Shown here in pieces: positions 56,838 through 64,000 of a stretch of 64,000 nt of DNA. Source of the DNA: an uncultured Acidobacteriota bacterium (GTDB lineage Bacteria > Acidobacteriota > UBA6911); contig CAZDMR010000001.1 in the NCBI GenBank assembly GCA_964506795.1, positions 157,173 through 221,172 of the forward strand. The letters are read 5' to 3'. The position numbers and the translations under genes are program-made. Numbering within the stretch: position 1 is the first letter of the stretch; every line of letters begins with the position of its first letter. The notes under the pieces were generated by a model. The model had not been told where the DNA came from. It did not search any database and saw nothing but the letters and a program-made list of their open reading frames with translations.

Positions 56838-59660
56838 ATGAATAGATTCCCGGTGCCGTTTAAGATTATTGCCGCGATCATCCTAAGCTTTCTGCTGATA
56901 GCTTTGGGCTTGTTGAATCTGCGAGATCGTATTGCCTGGAATGATCCCACGGATGGCATATTTTGGTCCGAAACCGAATCAGGACTCAGGGCAGAAGCTG
57001 TGGATCCCGCGGGCCCGGGCGCCTCGAATGGCATTCGACGGGGAGACCGTCTCCTAGGCATTAACGAACAACCAATAGCGAACCTGGGCCAATATTCCGA
57101 CTTTATTTACCGGATGAAATCCGGCGCTATAGTCACCTACCGGCTGCAAACTCCGTCCGGCATTTGCGAGACCGCAATCCCGCTTGGTTCAAAGGAGCTT
57201 TTCACCGCCACGGACGGCCTTAAGACGCTGCTGGCCTTTCTCCATCTCGGCATCGGAGTTTTTGTTCTGATCCGCATCAATTCGTCGGCGCAAGGATTTC
57301 ACTTCTATCTCATCTGTCTCGCGGCATTCGTGGTGTTTTTCTTCAGTTGGACACCTAAACTGGGCGCTATCGATTGGTTAATTTATGCCTTGTCGATATC
57401 CGCTTTTATTCTCCTGCCCGCGCTTTTTGTGCATTTCTGCATGCGTTTTCCCATAGACGCCGCTTTCGGCAAAGGCCGCGCGTTCCTGCTCTATATTCCG
57501 GTAATTGTTTTGGGCGCATTGCAGCTGCTTTGGGCAACCGGACGCTTGGCGTCTGCCGGATTGCCCCGAACCGCCCGGTCGAGCGAAATTCTGGATCGCG
57601 TTCAGCTTGCATTTTTCTTTGTCGGGTTCCTTGCCGGCGGAGCGCTCCTTATTAAAAAACATCTCGAAACGCGGGATTTTATTGTGCGCCAGCAGATGAA
57701 ATGGATCGGCTACGGAACGCTGGCGGGCGTTTTGCCGTTCGTGTTGATTTACGCCGTCCCGGCGCTGTTTGGAGCGCGGCCCAGCTTTGTCATGAATGCA
57801 TCGATACTCTTTCTCGCATTTATACCACTTTCGATGAGCTATGCACTTGTTCGTTACAGGCTTCTGGATGTGGATACCATCGCCAGGCGGAGCGCCGCGT
57901 ATTTCATCGCCAGCTCGCTGCTTTTGGCCTTTTATCTTTTTTTCGTGCTCCTCCTGGGCAGGACATTGCAGTGGCTGGCTCCCCAAGCGAATTACGTGGC
58001 AATTTGCTTTATTGTCCTGACCATTGCGCTCCTTTTTGCGCCCCTTCGCAACGCGGTGCAATCCAGACTGGATCGTCTGTTTTACAGGGATCATTTCGAG
58101 GACCGGAACACTCTATTGGATTTCGCCCGCGCTTTGGGCTCGGAAATAAGCCTGGAGCCGCTCGCGCATGGGATTCTTGAGCGCATATCCAAAACCTTTG
58201 GGATTGACAGCGCCGCCGTTTTTCTCTCCGATAGGGCGCATGATGGGTTCTTCCGCTTGGCATATGCCCTGAATCTGAAAAATCATCCCGGCGATCGAAG
58301 TTACACCAGCGATGAGATGGCCGACAGCGGCGACGGAAAAGGCACGGTCTATGCCGCAAAGGGAGCCAATTATCTATATCGAACGGGCCCTGAGCTCAGG
58401 AAGCTGGGATTGCACTACCTGCAGGATCTCAAGCTTCAAGGCAGATCCGTGGGAATGATCGCGCTCGGAAAGCTCCCGAAGGGGAATCATTTTTCCACCG
58501 AGGACCTGGATCTTATCTCGGCTCTGGCCGGTTATGCGGCGATGGCTTTGGAAAATGCAAATCTCTACCGGTCCATCGAGACTAAAGCTCAGGAAATGGG
58601 ACGCTTGAGGGCTTATACGGAGAACATTATCGACAGCATTAATATCGCGGTCCTGGCTCTAAATCCGAAAGGAGTGATCACATCCTGCAACCGCGCTTTT
58701 GAAGCCCTTTTCGCAGCGACACGCGGGCAAATCATTGGTAAGCCGATAGAAATGGTATTCCCGGCGGATGTCCTTGAAGCCATCCGGGGAGCCGCCGGTA
58801 TTTCAACCTGGGAGCCGGAATCCCCCGCGAGCATCTATAAGCTTTCTCTGGATAACAAGGGGGGAAGGCGCCTGATTGTGAATCTGAAACTGATCCCGTT
58901 AAGGAGCGCCAAGGCATCCGAGTCGGGCTCTCTCATTGCCCTGGACGATATTACGGAGAAAATCGAGCTGGAGAACCAGTTGTTGCAGGCTGAAAAGCTT
59001 TCATCCATCGGCCTCCTCGCGGCCGGTGTCGCGCACGAAGTCAACACCCCCATTGCGGGCATTTCCAGCTACACGCAAATGCTTTTGAAAGAGACTCCTC
59101 CCTCGGAAAAGCACAAGCGCATATTAAAGAAGATTGAAACTCAGACATTCCGCGCCGCAGAAATTGTAAACGCGCTGTTGAATTTTTCCCGGCTCAGCGG
59201 CAGCGAATTCCAAGCCCTCGACATCAACCAGTTGATTAAGGACAGCCTGGTATTGATCACCCATCAGCTGCAATCCAATTATATCCGCGTGGAATCCAGG
59301 CTTGAAGACGCCCTGCCCCCCGTATACGGGAATAAGGGGAAACTGCAGCAGGTATTCATAAACTTGTTTCTGAACGCGCGGGACGCGATGCAGTCCGGAG
59401 GGGAACTCGTAGTCGAGACGGGGATGAACGAGTCCATGGTTGTCGTGGATATTTCCGACACGGGGGCGGGGATTTCCGAGGAAAACATGAAAAAGATTTT
59501 TGATCCATTCTTCACCACGAAAACCGTCGGGCAGGGAACCGGCCTAGGGCTTTCGGTCACTTACGGGATCATCCAGGAACACGGCGGCAGAATATTGGTG
59601 GACAGCAGTCTCGGAAAAGGGACGCATTTCAGACTTAAACTCCCGACCAGGCTTAACTAG
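56838..59660 (+). CDS. PDZ-multiTM-GAF-PAS sensor histidine kinase
   Basis: Periplasmic PDZ ([12 protein letters not shown]), several TM helices, GAF (ALENA), PAS, AHEVNTP, GTGLGL. Confidence 0.92.
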   Translation: MNRFPVPFKIIAAIILSFLLIALGLLNLRDRIAWNDPTDGIFWSETESGLRAEAVDPAGPGASNGIRRGDRLLGINEQPIANLGQYSDFIYRMKSGAIVTYRLQTPSGICETAIPLGSKELFTATDGLKTLLAFLHLGIGVFVLIRINSSAQGFHFYLICLAAFVVFFFSWTPKLGAIDWLIYALSISAFILLPALFVHFCMRFPIDAAFGKGRAFLLYIPVIVLGALQLLWATGRLASAGLPRTARSSEILDRVQLAFFFVGFLAGGALLIKKHLETRDFIVRQQMKWIGYGTLAGVLPFVLIYAVPALFGARPSFVMNASILFLAFIPLSMSYALVRYRLLDVDTIARRSAAYFIASSLLLAFYLFFVLLLGRTLQWLAPQANYVAICFIVLTIALLFAPLRNAVQSRLDRLFYRDHFEDRNTLLDFARALGSEISLEPLAHGILERISKTFGIDSAAVFLSDRAHDGFFRLAYALNLKNHPGDRSYTSDEMADSGDGKGTVYAAKGANYLYRTGPELRKLGLHYLQDLKLQGRSVGMIALGKLPKGNHFSTEDLDLISALAGYAAMALENANLYRSIETKAQEMGRLRAYTENIIDSINIAVLALNPKGVITSCNRAFEALFAATRGQIIGKPIEMVFPADVLEAIRGAAGISTWEPESPASIYKLSLDNKGGRRLIVNLKLIPLRSAKASESGSLIALDDITEKIELENQLLQAEKLSSIGLLAAGVAHEVNTPIAGISSYTQMLLKETPPSEKHKRILKKIETQTFRAAEIVNALLNFSRLSGSEFQALDINQLIKDSLVLITHQLQSNYIRVESRLEDALPPVYGNKGKLQQVFINLFLNARDAMQSGGELVVETGMNESMVVVDISDTGAGISEENMKKIFDPFFTTKTVGQGTGLGLSVTYGIIQEHGGRILVDSSLGKGTHFRLKLPTRLN

Positions 59661-59662
59661 GA

Positions 59663-61039
59663 ATGAATATAAGCGGTCGCATACTGGTAGCCGACGATGA
59701 ACAGATCATGAGAGATGTGCTCTCGGACTTGCTGTCTGCGGAATCCTACGCGGTCGACCTGGCCAAAAATGGATCCGAAGCCCTCGAAATGATCCTGGAC
59801 AAGGATTACGACGTTCTGCTGCTCGACCTGCTGATGCCCGATATGGACGGCCTTTCCGTCCTTGAACAGCTCAAAAAATTGGACAACAGCCCCGCGGCCA
59901 TAGTTCTGACCGCCTTCGCATCCATCGATAAGGCCGTAACGGCCACCAAGCTCGGCGCCCATTATTTTATCGCGAAGCCTTTTAAAAACGATGAACTGCT
60001 CGTGGCCGTGAAAAATGCGATCGAACACCGCCGCCTTCTGGAAGAAAACCGGCGTTTAAAGAAATCGCTTCTCAAGCAATACAGCTTTCAGAATATTGTG
60101 GGCAAGAGCCGCGCTATGCAGCAGGTGTTTGAAATGATTGCGCAGGTCGCTCCGCGGCGAAGCACGGTTCTCATTGAAGGCGAAAGCGGAACAGGCAAAG
60201 AACTGGTGGCCAAAGCGATCCACGCCACCGGCAGCAGGGCGGAAGCACCGTTCGTCGCCATCAACTGCGGCAACATACCCTCGGAGTTGCTGGAAAGCGA
60301 GCTCTTCGGCCACGTCCGCGGAGCCTATACCGGAGCGACCCATGCAAAAAAGGGATTGCTGGAAATTGCCGACGGCGGCACTCTCTTTCTGGACGAAGTG
60401 GCCACGATCTCGATGGAAATTCAATCCAAGCTGCTGCGCGTGATCCAGGAAAGAGAGTTTCGCCGGCTCGGCGGCTTGGAAAACATCAAGGTGGATGTAC
60501 GCATTATCGCGGCGACCAACACGGATCTTCAGGCCGCGGTGCAGAAAGGGACGTTCCGGGATGATCTGTTCTACCGTCTGAACGTTATCGTGATCCGCAT
60601 CCCTCCGCTCCGCGAGCGCACCGACGATATTCCGCTGCTTGCAGAGCACTTCATCAAAAAATACGGAGAAGAGAACCAGAGAATCGGCCTTTCACTGAAG
60701 CCATCCGCCATGAAAGCATTAATGGACTACGAGTGGCCCGGCAACGTCCGCGAGCTTGAAAACGTCATCGAGCGCGCCGTGGTGCTCTCGTCCGAGAGTA
60801 CCATTTCGGCGGATATCCTGCCCAAAAGCATCGCCCAGCCGAGCGCCGCACAGAATCCCGCTTTTTCCCCGGAGAACGGTTCACTGAAGCAAATAGTAGA
60901 GGAGTATGAGAAGGCGATTATTCTTGCGGCCCTGGAAAAGACCAACGGGAACCAAAAGAAAGCCGCGCGGCTGCTATCGGTAAATGCGACGACCCTGAGC
61001 GAAAAACTCAAGCGCTACAAAATCCGAAACCTTTATTGA
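59663..61039 (+). CDS. NtrC-family sigma54-dependent response regulator
   Basis: REC (DLLMP), GESGTGKE, ESELFGHVRGAYTGA, FRDDLFYRLN, WPGNVREL, Fis-type HTH. Confidence 0.95.
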   Translation: MNISGRILVADDEQIMRDVLSDLLSAESYAVDLAKNGSEALEMILDKDYDVLLLDLLMPDMDGLSVLEQLKKLDNSPAAIVLTAFASIDKAVTATKLGAHYFIAKPFKNDELLVAVKNAIEHRRLLEENRRLKKSLLKQYSFQNIVGKSRAMQQVFEMIAQVAPRRSTVLIEGESGTGKELVAKAIHATGSRAEAPFVAINCGNIPSELLESELFGHVRGAYTGATHAKKGLLEIADGGTLFLDEVATISMEIQSKLLRVIQEREFRRLGGLENIKVDVRIIAATNTDLQAAVQKGTFRDDLFYRLNVIVIRIPPLRERTDDIPLLAEHFIKKYGEENQRIGLSLKPSAMKALMDYEWPGNVRELENVIERAVVLSSESTISADILPKSIAQPSAAQNPAFSPENGSLKQIVEEYEKAIILAALEKTNGNQKKAARLLSVNATTLSEKLKRYKIRNLY

Positions 61040-61166
61040 CTCTAAAACATCAAAAACGAGCGAAATTCCATCCTTTCCCCGAGCTAAATGCCGGAGCGGC
61101 GGCCTGCATTGACTTGGGCGGCCAATAACGCTAACTTTGTTTTTAACTCGGGAATGAGAGGTGCCC

Positions 61167-62147
61167 ATGAAAAAGCGGTTCCCCGCAGTCTTGCTGATTC
61201 TGGCTTTGGCAACGCTACTGCCGGCTCCAAGCGCGAGCGCGGATTATAAACAAGCCGTCGCCTATTACAACCAGAAGCGCTACACCGACGCGATTCAGGA
61301 ATTAAAACCGGATCTCGACAAGAACCCCAATTGGGAATTCGGCCACCGCCTGCTGGGATTGTGTTATCTCAATATCAACAACAATGCATTGGCCGAATCT
61401 TCTCTGAGGCGTGCGGCGGAGCTTCAGTCGACCGCTTTTTCCACCTACTATGGACTCGGGCAGGCCTATTTCAATATGCAGAGGTACGCGGATTCCGTGA
61501 CGGCCCTCAACCAGGCAGAACCCCTTGCCGCTAAAGAAAGGGAGCCGGAAAAAGAAAGAGCGAAATTGTACCGCCTCCGCGGTTCCGCCTATTACCGAAT
61601 GAACCAATACAACGAGGCTGCGGGCGACCTCACAAACGCGCTGCGGACGGACTCATCCAACTGGGCGGATTACTCTATGCTCGGCGTCGCTTATTTCAAG
61701 CTGAACCGCACGGACGAAGCGATACAAGCCCTCGAGAAAGCTCTTTCCATGAACCCCGGACAGAGCGCCACCGCCGAAACGCTCGGTAAAATCCATTTTA
61801 AACTCGGAGTGGACGCCTTGTCGCAGAAACAATATGGGGCCGCCGTAAACGCTTTTCAAAAAGCAAGCCAGTACGATCCGAAGAATGGATACACTTATTA
61901 CAATCTCGCGGAAGCCTACCTTTTTTCCAAGAAGTATCCGGAAGCGGAGAGGGAGCTGATTCAGGCCGCCGAGTTGATGCCCCAGAGCGCCGAAGTGTAC
62001 GAGCGCATGGGCCTTGTTTATGAAATGCAGAAGAAATGGAATCTTGCTTTGAAATCCTACAAAAAGGGAGACAAAATCCGGTCTTCCAAATCAATTAAGG
62101 AAGCGATCGAGCGGGTGGAAAGCAATTTGAAAGAGGGACAGCCCTGA
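61167..62147 (+). CDS. Exported tetratricopeptide-repeat protein
   Basis: Signal peptide, about 8 TPR-like repeats (YGLGQAYF, LGVAYF, YNLAEAY). Confidence 0.85.
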   Translation: MKKRFPAVLLILALATLLPAPSASADYKQAVAYYNQKRYTDAIQELKPDLDKNPNWEFGHRLLGLCYLNINNNALAESSLRRAAELQSTAFSTYYGLGQAYFNMQRYADSVTALNQAEPLAAKEREPEKERAKLYRLRGSAYYRMNQYNEAAGDLTNALRTDSSNWADYSMLGVAYFKLNRTDEAIQALEKALSMNPGQSATAETLGKIHFKLGVDALSQKQYGAAVNAFQKASQYDPKNGYTYYNLAEAYLFSKKYPEAERELIQAAELMPQSAEVYERMGLVYEMQKKWNLALKSYKKGDKIRSSKSIKEAIERVESNLKEGQP

Positions 62148-62182
62148 AGGGAGAATTCAGACAGCGCACCGCTTAGGGCCTG

Positions 62183-63325
62183 TCAATAAATAACATTTGC
62201 ATTTTGCTGTTGGTCCCCAGGTCCGCCGGCATCAACTTTGTATTTTCCGTCCCACCGACGCAAATTCCCGACTTCATCAATCGCAGTCACTTGGTATTTG
62301 TATTGGCCGGGCGGGCAATCGGGCTCCACGGGGATGAAGGCCGAAAAAAAGGCATTTGCGCCTTCGGATGCGGCCTGAACCTGCAAAAGGCGCCCGGTAC
62401 GTTCATCCCGCAAAAAAACGCCGGCCGCGAGGAGATTTCCCGCTCTATCCTCAATGAAGAATCGAAATCGAATATCCGCGCCCGGCGCAACGGGGTTCGG
62501 AGCTATTTCAGTCCTGGTCAATCGCGGAGCTTCTTCGGCCACCGTGGTTATTTCATCAACCGGCGGGTATTCGCGCACTCTCTTAAGCCAAATCTTTTCA
62601 AGCTCCGAAGGAGGGGACTTGAAAGCCTCCGCGAGGCTGTCCATAAGACTCTTCTTCCTCAGAGCCTTGAAAAGCTTCATGGGTTGTCTCCGGCCTTGAA
62701 GATCGCGGAAAGTCGTCAGGAACGTGAATCCGGGCGCCGCGTTGCGAAGGCATTGATTGTTTTCCGAAAAATCAGACCAGGAGCGCTGTGTGGCGAAGCC
62801 GAGCATTTTCATTTCATCAAGAAATTTGGAGAAAACCCAGGCGGCTTCCAAGCGGCGTGAACTTCTGAAATATTCATGCACGAGGATTTCGATCATCCCC
62901 TTGAACAAGAATTCCGTGTCCTGTCTCTGGGCTCCTTGAGAAAGTTCCAAGAGCCCTAAATGGGCGATCTCTCTGGCGGCGCTGTAAAGAAAAAATTCTT
63001 TTATGTCCGCAACCGGTTGATTCATTCCCAGCAGGATGCTGGCCCGCTCCCGACTGCAGGTGCTGTCGGACGCTTCCCAATCCACGGTGATAAAGACTTT
63101 GTCGGGCAGGCTCCCGTCGATGGCTCTGTTCATATATCCATAGCACTGTTCGATATTCCCGATTAAGTCCCTCCCCAGCAGCTCCCTTTCCACGGGCACG
63201 AATATCTGAATGTGCTCCGACGTGATGCTTACGTTCTGCCGGGCAGAGGAGGATGCGGGCTGAAAAAGATACGCAGCCCCCATCGCCACAGCCGTCAAAT
63301 AACAAATGAACCGTTTAACCATCAA
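62183..63325 (-). CDS. Exported peptidase-MA-like protein with degenerate zinc motif and C-terminal Ig-like domain
   Basis: Signal peptide; AAREIAH and FLFKGMIE at the positions expected for HExxH and EG. Confidence 0.5.
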   Translation of the reverse strand: MMVKRFICYLTAVAMGAAYLFQPASSSARQNVSITSEHIQIFVPVERELLGRDLIGNIEQCYGYMNRAIDGSLPDKVFITVDWEASDSTCSRERASILLGMNQPVADIKEFFLYSAAREIAHLGLLELSQGAQRQDTEFLFKGMIEILVHEYFRSSRRLEAAWVFSKFLDEMKMLGFATQRSWSDFSENNQCLRNAAPGFTFLTTFRDLQGRRQPMKLFKALRKKSLMDSLAEAFKSPPSELEKIWLKRVREYPPVDEITTVAEEAPRLTRTEIAPNPVAPGADIRFRFFIEDRAGNLLAAGVFLRDERTGRLLQVQAASEGANAFFSAFIPVEPDCPPGQYKYQVTAIDEVGNLRRWDGKYKVDAGGPGDQQQNANVIY

Positions 63326-63361
63326 TTTCAGCAGACTGATACGGATGCGAAAAAGAAAACG

Positions 63362-63712
63362 TCAGCCCGGAATATTTACGAAGCTTTGGATCGCCGACGA
63401 TTCATTTTCATAGCAATCGAAAACATCCAGAAGCTTGGTAATCGTGAGCAGGTCGATAATCCGCGCGTTGGGCGACAGCAATTTGAACCCTCCCCCCTTT
63501 TTGCGCACAGTTGTAAAACAGCGGATGATTTCCCCGAGTCCCGCGCTGTCCAAATAAGGGACCTTGGCCAGATTCAGGATGATTTTTTTATAACCGCTTT
63601 CCAGAAGACTATCCACCGACTTTTTTATTTCAACATCCCCTTCTCCCAGAAGGATTTCTCCTTCAACATCAAGGATTACGATATCTCCCATTTTCCTGGT
63701 CGAAAATTTCAT
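63362..63712 (-). CDS. STAS-domain anti-sigma factor antagonist
   Basis: LNLAKVPYLDSAGLGEI with phospho-Ser motif. Confidence 0.92.
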   Translation of the reverse strand: MKFSTRKMGDIVILDVEGEILLGEGDVEIKKSVDSLLESGYKKIILNLAKVPYLDSAGLGEIIRCFTTVRKKGGGFKLLSPNARIIDLLTITKLLDVFDCYENESSAIQSFVNIPG

Positions 63713-63957
63713 GGAGCCTCCGCCATCTGAAAGGAGAAACTAACATAGGCTGCGGAAGCTGTCAATTTTACCCGATTCCCCCCGTAAACACCGCATTGCG
63801 CCCCGGCGGCGGTCGCTGCGGGTTGAACCCTGGACATTTTTTAAAATCCGCAGTTTATTCTTTGTTTTCCGAACAGAAGCATTCTTGTTCCTTGTTGCGG
63901 CCTGTGTTATACATGGTTTTTAGTTTTCCGACATCAGATCTTGCTAAAGGAGCGGAA

Positions 63958-64000
63958 ATGACGGGCATCATTCGTTCTGTAGCAGCGAGGGAAATTCTCG
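63958..64000 (+). CDS. eno: Enolase, N-terminal fragment (runs off the window)
   Basis: AAGGAG RBS then MTGIIRSVAAREIL, matching the enolase N-terminus. Confidence 0.75.
   Translation, partial: MTGIIRSVAAREIL

Overview
Gene-dense bacterial window. It is probably Acidobacteriota; this is an inference from the carboxypeptidase-domain TonB receptor and the PDZ-multiTM-GAF-PAS kinase. No rRNA, tRNA or CRISPR array could be supported. Layout: (1) 1-11.4 kb holds a porin, a cyclophilin, a lipoprotein, a REP-flanked HUH/Y1 transposase, a MITE family, a TonB receptor and HtrA. (2) 11.4-24.4 kb holds a radical SAM/oxidoreductase/GT2 cassette, a membrane MutS-V ATPase, UbiX+LpdD, an acyl-CoA ligase, ArfB, an FHA protein and two-component genes. 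(3) 24.6-42 kb is a nitrogen island: a sigma70-driven glnB-glnA-glnD-glnE-glnA2 run, a second Y1 transposase, then gdh followed by a 1060-aa GAF-like/PPDK-type ATP-grasp/His-domain/nucleotidyltransferase fusion and a metallophosphoesterase. (4) 42-64 kb holds housekeeping genes (tkt, rpiB, hom, thiC, PduO, DksA/TraR, start of eno) and a sigma54-linked envelope sensing module. The best candidate for an undescribed system is the gdh + dikinase/NTase fusion + phosphoesterase trio, a possible writer/eraser switch for GDH sitting beside the classical GlnD/GlnE switch for GS. A degenerate TPP-aptamer-like sequence 3' of thiC and a repeated operator upstream of glnB also merit checking. All annotations come from motif recognition by eye; no database searches were run.
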